DNA of 50,203 nt, filler included, from Bipalium vagum (lineage: Eukaryota): assembly GCA_037834085.1 (NCBI GenBank). It is 3 parts of 3 records of this genome, joined end to end, with 100 filler letters (N's around TTAATTAATTAA, not from the genome) between each part and the next. Parts side by side here need not be neighbours in the genome. Positions count along the whole stretch, not along the records: positions 1 to 15,705 come from JBBMKC010150594.1; positions 15,806 to 32,907 come from JBBMKC010078321.1; 1 more part is not named here. One strand, 5' to 3'. Below, piece by piece: positions 14,850-27,739 of the stretch. The notes beneath the pieces were generated by a model that did not search any database, was not told the DNA's origin, and saw nothing but the letters and a program-made list of their open reading frames with translations. Every line of letters starts with the position of its first letter. Position 1 is the first letter of the stretch. Made by a program: the position numbers and the translations under genes.

Positions 14850-15400
14850 GATAAGTCTGATGACCAAGTTATCTTTTCACTTCTAATTCTTTCAAAATTT
14901 TATTGTTTTACCTGGGGGATGAGATCTCGCATTTGTTGTTGTTGAAATCTTCAGCCTAGAAGTGTTAACATTATCTCAGAATTTCAATGAGGTATCGAAG
15001 AGTAATCAAATTACCTCTGATAAATACAAGGAGTGACGGAATCTAACACATATTGCGTCATATACCATAATCCCATGTGTAACTAATTTTTGTGTTTGTA
15101 ACATCAAAGGCAGAAACGTTACCCTTCTCCATGATAACGTTACCCACAACCATCGATCACTTTACGTTAAATAGAATATTGATTCATCATTGAAGATGAA
15201 AGGATTCTATTCGAAACCAAAATCTTATCTTTCTTGACACCAGTTAACTCTTGCGGCTTTTTAATGACAGTGGTGTACCAATCTCAACCTCTATGAAATT
15301 TAAGAAAGCACAATATAACATCGCAGCACCTATTTAATATTATTCACTTTGGTTAAAAATTCGATATTAGTATCTGTGGAAAAGTTGTGTCTTCTACAAA
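14850..15400 (+). mobile_element. Degenerate pogo/Tigger-like transposase remnant
   Basis: GRNVTLLHDNVTH (cf. RKVLLLLDNAxxH), IFLTPVN...QPL, KFKKAQY fragments. Confidence 0.35.
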
Positions 15401-15448
15401 GGATTATTATATAAGAATTATTTGGTTAAAGGAATCTATTTTATTCAG

Positions 15449-15589
15449 AGGAAAGAGATTTTCCAACTCCTTTGGATTTATTGCCCATACTCTCTGACTC
15501 GGAGGATAATGATGTCGGAGATGAGGACATGGATAACACAAAGACAGATGATAAAGATAGTGATAATGATGAGGATGACAACAATAATG
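15449..15589 (+). CDS. Candidate acidic exon, possibly a later exon of the 1121-12118 gene (alternatively a pogo acidic tail)
   Basis: TTATTCAG acceptor and AATG|GTAAGC donor, phase 1-1, open: ERDFPTPLDLLPILSDSEDNDVGDEDMDNTKTDDKDSDNDEDDNNN. Confidence 0.45.
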
Positions 15590-15632
15590 GTAAGCAGAAA
15601 TTTTGTCATATGAAATTGGAGTAGTGAGAAAT

Positions 15633-15634
<2 letters not shown>

Positions 15635-15705
<71 letters not shown>
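15635..15705. repeat. (AAT)n microsatellite at contig end
   Basis: Perfect AAT run up to the N gap. Confidence 0.95.
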
Positions 15706-15805
15706 NNNNNNNNNNNNNNNNNNNNNNNNNNNNNNNNNNNNNNNNNNNNTTAATTAATTAANNNNNNNNNNNNNNNNNNNNNNNNNNNNNNNNNNNNNNN
15801 NNNNN
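15706..15805. other. Artificial assembly spacer 44N-TTAATTAATTAA-44N
   Basis: Exactly 100 bp with a six-frame-stop linker in the centre; identical to 32908-33007. Confidence 0.97.
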
Positions 15806-15869
15806 ATATGAAAACAAATTTTCCTTTATTAATTCATACTGCAAAAATTAAGTTTCATAAACCGCCATT

Positions 15870-16560
15870 AATTTCTTTACAAATTAATAATATAACATGT
15901 TATGAAAAAATTAAAGCACTTTTCGTTGGAAGGACAATATTGCAATTTGTAGCTCTTTGGCACTTCATTCTTCTTTTATTCGGTTTTCCAGTTACATAAT
16001 ATATATTGATGTTGTGTAATGGAAACCCTTGAATTCAGGAAACCTCAAAACCAATAATCAACTGGTTTTAGGTCTGGTTGACGAGAAGGCCAATTTGGAG
16101 CACATCCCTGGATATAATCTTGTGCGTAACAAATGTTTCATTTAAAATTTTTCGGACATCATTGGCATAATGCGAATAATGTTCCATCCTGCACGAATTA
16201 TGTTGATTTCATTATTTTTCTTTGTATAAGTTCAGGCCGAACTGCATTTTTCAACATGTCAAGGTAATTATTCTTATTTATTGTTTCATGGAAGAAAAAT
16301 AATTCCATAATGAATTTTAAATTGAACTCCACCCACAAATTTTTTCCGGTTGAAGTGGCTTTGTCATGAAAGATATTGGTTTACTAGAAGCCAAAATTCA
16401 GTAGTGATATCCGCTAATTTTACCATTCATCAATTCAGAAAATATAAGGCAGAATTACCTGATGCTGCCAAAATCCACAGACTAAACTTAACTCACTCTT
16501 TATAATCTGCTGGCTTTAACTGATGAAGTAGTTGTTTTTTTAAAAGACTTCAACTTCTCA
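15870..16560 (-). mobile_element. Tc1/mariner-superfamily (rosa/DD41D-like) transposase pseudogene
   Basis: HQLKPADYKE*VKFSLW, FFFHETINKNNYLDML, FVQDG..SHYANDVRKILNETF, NWPSRQPDLKPVDYWF*GFLNSRV. Confidence 0.85.
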
Positions 16561-18749
16561 TCTTTCAAAACTCTTTGAATCCAGGTTGGTAAAATAATAG
16601 TACATCAATTTTTCGATTTTTATTTTTTTGTTTTTTAAATTTATAAATTCAACTTTAAATAAATCAAGAGAGGAAATAAGATTTTAAAAAATCCTGTTAT
16701 TAAACAGTAATTTTAGAGGCATAATAGATTTTTGACGATATAAAGGGCCGTCCAATAGTGCCAACCTATATTTCTTCTGAATAAATATTAATTTGTTTCA
16801 AATTTTTCAACTTATATTTTAAAAGAAATATAAAAAATACAATTATATATGGAACAGAATATCATTCAAGTTTCAGTCACGACTTTGTTTGCAGGCATCA
16901 ACTGGAGAATCCAAATTTTTAATTGTATTAATATTAAAAAAGTAAACATTTTATGACCGAATCATTCTTGAGTTCATTTCAAAACTTAAATACTGGCACT
17001 TGTTTATGAACTTTATTTCACGTGTGAAGTTCTTGGAAGTAATACCCAATGTTTTATAGTCAACTTCCAGTTCAAAATACGTACATGTCTGTTTTTCCTA
17101 CATCAATTGATGTGGTAGTCTGCAGAAGTCTGTGATAGTGTAATTGATGAGAACAGGTCTAGATACCTGTGTCTATTGATGTGTCTAATATACAGGTTTC
17201 TGCAGTGGGTAACATCTCCTGGTTGTCAAAAACAAGATATTAAATAATTAAATCAAAATAAATCAGATTAATGAGTATTATAAAACTATTTTTGCCTTAT
17301 ATTTCTCTAAAATTATTTTTTAATTTTTGTGCAACATATTCACTTATGAAATTGTTTTAACGAGTAACATGTATTTTTCTTTATAATCTAAATATTTACA
17401 TATTTATTATGTTTCTTTCCAGTTACACAGGTAAGATAAATGATTTATTTGTTTAGAGGATTATTTTGACATTTTTTAAATAATTACAAAATAATATGAA
17501 ATTTATTTCAGTAGAATTATAATATTTTCCAGTGGTAATCATTTCTTGAAAATTCAGCCTGAGTGAAATAAAATTTGGTTTTATATTTCCTCAACGTATT
17601 AAAATAGACATTAATTCTTGTCTTTACTAGAAAAAACTTACTAAAACTTGTTAATGAATTTAAATATATTAAAGTTTGAATTTAACTAAAATTTTATATT
17701 TAATACTGATATTATTATTTATTTTTTCTTAAATGTATATATTAATAATTACATAATATAATAAATATAAATAAAAATTATTTTCACAAATATTATTTAA
17801 CCTAAAATTAAAATTATTATTTTTTTTAAATATTATATTTTACATTAGTGCAAGATATTTTAGATTTGTATTCTACAATTTATCATTATATTCTGCAGAA
17901 AACATTTCAACGACAAAAGCATTGATACAATGATTAATTAAAATTGAAAAAGAAATGATTTTGTATTGTTTTAATTAATTAAAACAATTTATAAATCAAG
18001 AAATGTGTGGCTTAAGGGACATGATATTTTTGATTTCTTTTATTTTAAAGTAAAAAAATCCTCATAATAATTACCAATAGCAAAAAAATGATAATAGAAA
18101 TGTGAGGGATTTTCATGAAATTGGCAAAATGAGTTTTTAATGCATGTTGAGTACTTAATTTCCAAATTGATTTTTATTTGATTAGTGGTTTCCGATTATG
18201 GAAAAAGGGAGTTATAATTGTCAATAATTGGTAGGGCTTATCAGATTAATTTTACATTATGTTTTTAATTAAAAACCATGACATAGAAAACAAGTTCATT
18301 TAATAATGCTCACAAACAAATGAACCAGGCTGATCAATTTTTTTCATAATAATTGCAAATTTTTGAAATTTTTGTTAAATATTTCAACATTATTTTAATA
18401 AATATCAATGTACGAATATTTATTATAGAAATTTCTTGATAATTATTTATAAATATAATTTTTACTTGTGAATATTTTTTATATTGTATTACAACAGAGA
18501 TGTGAATGAGAACAGGGTTTTTCTGCTGAGTATTGAGTAGGTTTTGTTAAAATATTCCCATTCATTAACTGCATTTCGATGCTTAAAATACTTTTTAGAA
18601 AAAATATATAAATAAAATAAAATATTCAATTTGAGGGCTATGTTTAAAAATATATTTACAAATAAAATTTAGCAAATGTAATATTGATTATCTAATTTAT
18701 AAAAAAAGAAAATTTATTTATTTTGAGTTCTTATAATTAGTATTTTTAT

Positions 18750-19845
18750 GTACCCCCATACAAAAGTAGGAGTACAACTGTAAAAAATAACGTTAAATTA
18801 AAAAGCAATTAGAAATAGATAAATTTATAAATAGATTTTACAATGACAGTTAACAAAGAGATATCAACAAGAAAGACTAATGCCATCATACATTACGAAA
18901 ACTTTGAATGCAAAAGAAACGGTAGTATTAAAAGGCCTGTATAGAAAACAGTAGAAAGATATTCATCTACAGGTAGTCTTGTATCAAGAGGAATATCTAG
19001 TCGGCCAAAAATAATAACTTCTGTAGAAAACAGAAATATTATAAAGACGAGTAATTGAAACAGAAAGCTAGCAGATCCAGAAATTAAATCGTATTTGAAT
19101 AGCAAGCTATTTATCACAGTTAGTGTTGATATTGTTAATCGGTAAACCACTGTTAAGAAAGAAAATAAAAAGAATGTTGACACAAAACTAATCATTGAAA
19201 AAATGGTAAAATTTTCTATGGTTTGATGAATCTAAATTTGAGATATTCAGATAAAACAGGAAAACATACATACGCAGAAAAAATGAATGATAAATCAGCT
19301 TGTGATACCAACATTAAAGCATGGGGGGTGGATCAGTAATGATACGGAGTTGTTTTATAAAATCTGTCAAAATTAATGAAATTATAAAAAATGAACAATA
19401 TAAAGGTATTTTAGTTCTCCTTGTTGTTTTGAAAGTCATGAAAAACCATTTCAACCCTTTGATCTTAACCCACTCGAGAAATTATGGGAGAAACCTGTTT
19501 AAAAAGTCAGATTTAAATTTCCAACATCAGAATCTCAATTGTGGGATCTACTATCAGAAGCCTTGAACAAAATCGAATAGATAACTTTGAATAAACAGCT
19601 GAACAGAATGTCATTTGTTTGTTCATAGATTATGCAAAAAGTTAGAGAATATATCGATGAAAGAAAAAGTTTATTTTTTGTGTTTTATGATCACTATTTT
19701 CATCAAAATTGTGAAACAATGTTAAAAAGGTATTAAAAGAAATTTTCCATAAAATAAACTTATTTACCAAAACTATTTATGTTTTTCGTTGGTATTTTTA
19801 AAAAAGATTATGAATTTTTCATGATCAGACTTTTGCAATAGGATG
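18750..19845 (+). mobile_element. Tc1 (DD34E) transposon, decayed
   Basis: ATG 18842; SSRPKIITS..NRNII, W*NFLWFDESKFEIF, PTLKHGGGSVMI, DLNPLEKLW. Right end ACTTTTGCAATAGGATG|TA is TIR-like. Confidence 0.88.
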
Positions 19846-21517
19846 TATTTAAGATTAAGATTGACCATTCATTATTTGAGTTTCTTTTTCGCTCTAAATG
19901 TCTTATTTAAGATTTATAATTTTCTCAAAATATATTACGATGATATCTTATTTTTTCTATTTTTACTACTTAAACCTAATTTAATTTTATTGAATGTGAT
20001 ATGTACCAATAAAATATTAATTAATTTCAAGTGTTATTTCGATGAATATATTATGAAACTTTCGATTTATTTTTGCCATTTTGTCTACACATACTTTGTT
20101 TTGAATATGAATTAACAGTTACCAAAGAAAATCTGAGAATGCTAGTTCGCAAACTCGTATATTTTTGGCCATAGGTCCAGAGTAAATTGTTTTGTTTACT
20201 TTTGTATTGGACTGTATCTTGGCACCTCTTACCCAGTGCCATTTATTCTATCATGGGAAAATCTACTCATAGTTGAATGTTACCTTCCTCAGTTTTTGAA
20301 ATTATTATACTCATTTCTTAGAAAATAAAAATAAGGGTTATTTTGAATTTTTTAATTCATGGCTTGAAAATATATTACTACTGCGATTAATCCACTTGAG
20401 ATATTCGGATACTAAAATTGTGTAATATGAAACAACGTAAGATAGTGGAATTCATTAGATAAAATTTCCATTATAAATATTATTTTTGGGTCATTTTAAC
20501 TTTGCTAAAATTTGATTGGATCAAAAACTTTTTTTCAATGTTTATTATAATTAATTAATATTTTTAACTTAATTTTTTGCACATTTTATTTATTTTTTTT
20601 AATTTTTTTTAATAGGTTTCTAATTTAAAATCTTTTTCTATAGTTTTAAAAATAAATATGACATTAATATACAATCGTTTTATTTTCATATGAAAACTTT
20701 AACCAGCTCTAGAATACTTGAATAATAATAAGTATCAAATGGAGAATCGAAAAGAAAATAATTACAACTATACATTTAAACCTCTTTATAACGATACTCC
20801 TTGGGAACGGCCAAACTGTCGCTATATAGAATATGTCGTTACATAAAAGTGTCGTTATATAGAGGTTCCACTTCATATATATTTTATAATTTAAAAAATA
20901 AAATAGTAAATTTAAACAATCACTTAGAGAATGAAAGTAGGTTGTGGGTTTATATAAATCAATGGAAAGTAAATACAAGTAGGATATAGTGCATATAATT
21001 TTTTTCATTTACATCATTTTTTAAACATATTAACATTGAATTAAATGAAATAAAAAACGATTGAAAAAGAAAAGGTATTCAGGTTGGTAAAAAGAAAAAA
21101 GATACAGAATGATTCATAAGATTTTTAGTATATGACGAAAGAGAAGGGTGAAATAAGTATAAAACATATTAAAAATTTTCTATTCAAATGGATTCAAAAA
21201 TTTCAAAAGACAGATACGAAGAACTTGAAGTCAAAGAAGCTTAGGGGTTAAAGCAGTTACTAAGAAATAAAAGAATATTTAAAATTTAAAACAGTAACTC
21301 AAAAAAAGTAATTTAATAGTAATTAGGTACTATGATGTATAGTTGATAAAGTTGAATGTTATGATAAATTTCATCTGCACTAGAAATTATTTATTATTCA
21401 GTTCATTTAAAACCAATCATCACTATCTAATCCTATTAAATTACTATTTTAAAATGAAAATATGTTAAGATCCATTATTTTTCAAAATATTTTATAATTT
21501 ATATATATTTAAATGTA

Positions 21518-22691
21518 TTTGGTCGTCAAGAATGAAATTTGTAGGTCATTCATTGTCAATTTTAACAGCTGATTATTTGACAATGGCTTCATACTTTAGC
21601 ATCCGGTTATTTTTTATTGAAAGTTACATTTTTCGCCTGTTAAAAACTCAATATAATCTTTAAATAAAAATAACCATTTCTTTTAATAATCAAATTATTT
21701 GAAAATGGAAGAAGCAGAAATTCTATCCATTATGAAAAATTAATTTTTACGAGGAACTACTGCATAACACGGTGGCCAATTGGTTTGTTCAATTTGAAAA
21801 GATCAATTTGGCCTCACAAATGAGCCGCGCGATCGGCCAGAACTAAAGTTCTGTAATAACCAACTTAAGGTCACCGCTGAGTCTGATCCATCTCAAAGCG
21901 CCCGTAAATGATCATCGATGTTTGGTATCAGTAAGCAAACAATATTATTTCATTTATCTCATAGGCAAAATGAAGAAGTTGGATAAATGGGTTTCACATG
22001 AAATTAATGTAAAGCAGAAATTAATAGCGTTTGGGAGCTTGTTTGGTGCTGCTTTCTCGTCACTTATCGCGTTGTCACTTATGTCGAGAAATGGATCAAA
22101 TATGACAATCGGAAACGTTCAGCACAATGGCTGGACAAAGAAATAGCATTAAAACGGACTTCAAAACCCAAATTTCATAAGAAGAAGCTGATGATGATTG
22201 TTTGGTGATCTACCGTAGGTATCATCGATTACGGCAGAAGTATACAGAATTTGATTGTATGATGCAAAAATTTTAAGAAAAACAGCGCAAATTGGTCAAT
22301 AGATTGACTCTTATCTTAATGTATGACAACGCTTGACTACACACTGCTAGACTGCACAAATGACTGACAAAGCAGCAGGATTTGGAGTTGGAACTTCTTC
22401 ATCATCCTCCAAACTTACTAGATATGGCCCCCACCGACTACCATTTATTTCGAAATTTGAAAAAAATTTTAACAGGTAAGCAATTCAATTCTTATAATGC
22501 TATAAAACTGGCCTTCCAGGAATTCATTAACTCCCGTTAATGTTTTATACAACCGGTATGAACAAGCTGTTCTTTAAATGGCAAACGTGTATAGTCTGCA
22601 TGGGTGCATACTTTAAATATAGGATTAACTCTTTTTGTTTGCATTTTATTAATAAACTTTCTTGTTTTTTAAATTTATACTTGACGGCTAA
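21518..22691 (+). mobile_element. mariner (DD34D) transposon, near full length, inactive
   Basis: TIRs TA|TTTGGTCGTCAAGAATGAAATTT and AAATTTATACTTGACGGCTAA|TA. Motifs KKLDKWVSHE, KWIKYDNRKRSAQWLD, YDNA*LH, HPP..DMAPTDYHLFRNL. Confidence 0.92.
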
Positions 22692-23464
22692 TACAACAAG
22701 AGTAGATGCATATAAACAATAAATAATAATTGAATTTATTCATTAATTTAACATGTATTTCTCAATAATAACATCATAAGAAACAGAATAATTCTTTTTG
22801 GTACTATTAAAATTAGAATAATAATTATTACATTTTTATTTATTGTAAATTATTTTGCTGTCATCATTAATTAAATGACAGACTTCATCTTTCAGCCTTA
22901 CTAATAATTGATAATTTGTATTAGTAAAATAAAATTCTGTGTAATTATTATAATTAAACATGAAAGAAACAACCATAGACTAATTATCAGAATAAAATAT
23001 ATGAATAATTTAAAGAGTATAATAAAACAAAATTTAATTTAATAAGCCGTATTGAAAAGAAAATTTAGCCTAATTAAATTAATTTTTTTGATTTTTAAAC
23101 AAATTACAAACATTAATATTACTAAATAAAAGCAACTATTACAATGAAAAACATTATTAAAATGCTACCCTACTGGTGCGATTGTAATTGGGTATTTATT
23201 TTACTGCAATTAAAAAATAACTTAATATTTATATAATAAAAAATATCAATTTTAATAATCAATTTTAATAATAATCAATTTTAAACTTCCCTTTAAAACC
23301 GAGCTTAAGTTTTCTAATTATAATTTTTGCAAGTTTCTTAAATTTTAGATTTTGTGTAATATTATTAAGTATTATTTTTTGAAATTATGTAGAATTTTTA
23401 TATTTTTGATAAAAACTCTTTTAGAAAGATATTTATGTGAAAATGAAGTATATATATACAAATA

Positions 23465-24347
23465 CACAAAAGATTCAGAAAGTTCCGGGACAGCGCTGAA
23501 AAATTAGAGTTAAACACGTTAAATGTGAAATACAACATTAGGAATAGTTAACGCAGACTCAACTAAATACCATACAAATGTCATGTAATTCACTTAAGTT
23601 ATTGATTAACTCCATCAATTCTGATTTACAATCAACTTTAGGATTGTAATAATTTGAATTCTAATAATTGTAATTCTAAGAAATGTAACAAAGAGCAGCA
23701 ATCAAATTTACTCCTTAATGTGGGAAAACAACATCAGAAACATTTAAATTGATGCAAGCAGCATATGGAAAAGATTGCATGAATCGCAGAAGATATTTGA
23801 ATGGTTTTCAAGGTCAAGAATGGACGTGAATCACTGGAAGATAATGAGAGACAGGGTACTTCCACGAGTATCAACAAAATGTGGATTTAGTTTGAACTGT
23901 AATGACAGAAAACCGCAAAATTAGGCTTAAAATATTATCGGAAGATGCCGTTTAAGCGTTAGAAGTGTCCACACTATCGTTTATCACTTTCTTGGAATAC
24001 GAAAATTTTGTACGAAGTGCGTTCACGGTTTTTGGCGAAGAAAAAGGTTTCCGTAATGAAACATCCACCATACTCACCCGATCTAGCTCCAGCAGACACT
24101 TTTTTTCGAAGATGAAAGCAGCCCTAAAGGGGAGATTTTTTTATATAATTCAGACAATTCATGAAAATCTAAAAATACTTTTGAAATTGATTCCAAAAGA
24201 GGACTACCATGACGCCTTCCAGAGGACGATGCCAGATATATATAGAGAAAGAAAGGTTATATGTTGAAAATTAAAAATAAATTTTATTTTGTGTCATTAC
24301 TTTTGGTTTTTATGAAATAAGTCCCGGAACTTTTTGAACTTACTGTG
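23465..24347 (+). mobile_element. mariner (irritans-like) element with internal deletion
   Basis: TIRs CACAAAAGATTCAGAAAGTTCCGGGAC and GTCCCGGAACTTTTTGAACTTACTGTG. Motifs MQAAYGKDCMNRR, KNGRESLED, HPPYSPDLAPAD..KMKAALKG. Confidence 0.88.
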
Positions 24348-24450
24348 CATACTAAAGAATGAAAATTGTTAAGATTTCAAAGTTAAATTATACTGACCAT
24401 AAAAATTCTATAAACATTAAAACATAATTATTTAATGTTTTCCTATTTAG

Positions 24451-24889
24451 ATAGATTCGAAATCCGGTTCAATATATACCAATAGATTAATAGATAGAGA
24501 AACGTCTCAGGTTCAGATTTCCTTCCTCTGTACAGCCGTGGACAATCCAAATAATCTTCTTTACAGAAAGACAGCTACAGTTGAAGTCACTGTTGACATA
24601 TTGGATGTTAATGATAACAAGCCACAATTTATTTTTCCAAACGAATCTCAACAAGACGTAAGAGATTGTTTTGCTATGGTATTTGCATTTATTTTCCATA
24701 CAGATAAAGCTGTCATACCATGCTAAAAGAGACCACATTGTAATTCAGGTTATAGCTAAGGATAAGGATTCTGGATTAAATGCTAAAATAAACTATATTA
24801 TCACAAAGGGAAATGCGCTAAAACTATTTGAAATCAATAAAGTTACAGGAACAATCAGACTCACGAAAGACTTAAAACCATCAAATAAA
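24451..24889 (+). CDS. Two internal exons of a cadherin/protocadherin-like gene (extracellular cadherin repeats)
   Basis: Exons 24451-24657 and 24704-24889 with a 46-nt GT-AG intron, all phase 0: IDSKSGSIYTNRLIDRE...AVD...ILDVNDNKPQFIFP|...VIAKDKDSGLNAKINYIITKGNALKLFEINKVTGTIRL. Contains the DRE, DxNDN and AxDxDxGxN calcium-binding motifs. Confidence 0.92.
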
Positions 24890-27739
24890 GTAATTTTTAT
24901 TTTTAAACTCTCTTATAGCTCAGATTTATCTTTTATTTAATTTTTAGTCAAATTAAAAGCAAAAAATTATATTCAATAATATATTTGTTTTAATACTCTA
25001 CCTTAACCCTGTAAGATATTAAATATTTTTACATTTATATATAATTTTTATTAATTTTCTGTTTTAAATTTATAAAAATTTAATTCTCTCTGAATTTAAA
25101 AATAATATCAAAATGATTATTTTTCATTTAAACATTTTACTGATCCGAAGTAATATTATTAGGTTGAGGGAAAAGTATTGTCGCTTTTCATATACCATTA
25201 ATAAGCTTTGTGAGATAATTTGAAAATTAGTCGGGGGATGAAGCTCAGCTAATTAATTTTCAGCTAACAAGCTTAAAGCAAAAATATTTTAAAATAGCGA
25301 CTAATATTTTTATATTTATTGATAAATAATAATAAGACAGGTAAGCCTCTGTTAAATTAAAACTTTGGATCTCATTCAATATAGCTGCAGAATTTTATTT
25401 TTGTTTTAAATGATTAATTTAATCTCCAGGTAATATTAATTTTTAGCTTTAATTTTGTAACTATATAGTATGTTAATTAAATTGAACGAATGTGGTTGCT
25501 ATTAATGTCGAGACGCTCCCATAAAACGTTCGCTAATAAAATAAATCGCTTTGTAAGTTTGGATTTTAAAAAATTGTATAACATAAAAAAATTAAAATAT
25601 TAAATATTAAATTAAACTTGACAAAAGACCCCCAGTGATATAGAAGTTCTAACAAAACTTTATTTTATTATTTATTATATTTTACTATTATTTTAGGATT
25701 TAATAATAATATAAAAATATATCATACAGTCACTTCTATTTTCTAAAAGTTTCTTAAAATGTATAAAAGTACACACAAGCAACAATATTATCAATTATTT
25801 ATTTTAGGACATAAAGATGTACAAAAGTCAATTAAATATATTATGTAAATAAGGTGGCAAAAGAATTAATTGACAATTGAAGGAGAACAGTACTTAAATA
25901 TAATATATACTGAAATAGTTAGTTATCTGTCAAATTATATATACAAATATATTTTATTTTATGAATGTTTTAATATGTATTGTGAGACATCTCTTCAACA
26001 AAATTGGATCATAGATACTATATAATAAATCGTACTTTGTTAAATTTAATCATAGAAATAAATTTAATCTTCAAATTAATATCAAAATAAGTTTGAAAAA
26101 TATAATATAATATAAGTATTGGTTGTCTTAATAAGTCTTCAAATGAGACAATACAGTTCTAAAACATTTATTAATCACACTACACTATAACGCAATAATG
26201 TTAACAATTGTCAATAGATTCCAATGTCAGATTATTCCTGATAAATAATGATATGTAATATAAAAAATAAAATAATAATCTTTTTTTTTTAATATTTAGT
26301 TGGAAACAAAATAAATGAACAATAATTATTGGCTTACCATTTATAAGGTATTTAGTAATTTCTACATAGATATAAATTATATTTTGATATGTATTTGTTT
26401 CATAAAAGTATTGCTTAAATATTCATCATATTTAATTGATATTTACAATATGATAATTACCTACAAAATCAATATCTCACAAGAAAATTATCTTTACTAT
26501 TGATGTACTATTTCAAATCTGGTCTAGATGCTGATCAATAAAAATGACCCATCAATGAAATGTTGTGAAAGGATATCATTTTTCGTCGGACCGCTTATAA
26601 TTATTTTACGAAGTGAACCTGACTTTATAAAAGTAGTGCTAAATATTTTTGTTCTAAACCAACTTACAAATTTCTAAAAATATTTTCATTTTCTTGTAAA
26701 CCATCTTTAATTTTGAAGAATTTAAACATAACCTAAAATTTGACGTCTTTTCAATTTTAATATTTATTTATTTATTAATGAAAAAAGATTTTAAAAATTT
26801 AAAAATTCATATTAATGAAATTTAATATTTCCATTATTTTATTTTTATTTTTATTTATTAAGTGCTTTGTCTACTTGTTTTTATTTTTAAAATATAACAT
26901 ACGCTGAAAAACGATTTTCCCACATAACAATATAAATATTATATTTTTATTTCTTTATGTATATATTTTTTTATTATATGAGTTATGTTCTCTATCATAA
27001 ATACAAGAAAAAAAGTTGAAAAATTATTAATTATTGTTAGTTGAAATTAATAATATTATTATTTTTTATTACTTTTCACAATTACAATAATTATTTAATT
27101 GATTTTATATAAGATAAGCAAAAGTTCATTTTAATTAGAATAAAATTTTTCAAGATGACAAAATAATTTATACATTTTAAATTACCCACTCTCAAAAATT
27201 AAAACAACTACATTTTTATAAAAACTTTAAAAATGTGATTTTTTGTAATTGATAATAACTATTCTGTTTGACTTAAACTTCAGATAAGTAATATATTATT
27301 GCATTTTTCACTATTTTCCACTTTTCTCATTATTTTTTATATTAAATTTTAAATACTTATGCTTTTTATGTACGTAGTTTATACTTAATTTTATGAATTC
27401 ATATTTTTAATTATTTTTGGAAAGGTATATGAAAATATTTTATTTTTGTAACTGGAAAAGTCATTAAATAGTGATTAAAATACCAAAAAGTTTGGATAAT
27501 TGGATTTCTAATAAAATATTTTCAGTTTTTAAAAATTGTTTCAAGAAACAAATGACACTTTTTTAATTTTAAATTTTTTGAGGGTTGACATTTTTTGAAA
27601 ATATTTAAATGTTTAGGGTTAAAAAGTAGATATATATTGATAAGATAATATAATACCATAGAGACCCCAACTCTAAAGCTAGAATCATTCACAATAACGA
27701 CACAATCTAACTCACCAAAGACGAAAAAGAATATTAGCT

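Noticed and set aside
15372-15497. Zinc-finger-like reading ICGKVV...GKRFSNSFGFIAH
   Set aside because: Lacks paired Cys and the second His, and ends in a stop.
15750-15761. TTAATTAATTAA as a biological motif
   Set aside because: Synthetic linker centred in N runs.
18497-18540. DVNENRVF, similar to a cadherin DxNDN linker
   Set aside because: Short, stop follows, and there is no good donor or phase link.
12118-24451. Splicing gene 1 into the cadherin exons (both phase 0)
   Set aside because: Separated by an artificial contig join; an NLS-bearing protein without a signal peptide does not fit a cadherin.
25300-25446. 44-nt GTAAG..AG intron-like segment next to a hydrophobic stretch
   Set aside because: No start codon, and the downstream exon has stops in all frames; adjacent to a mariner TIR remnant.
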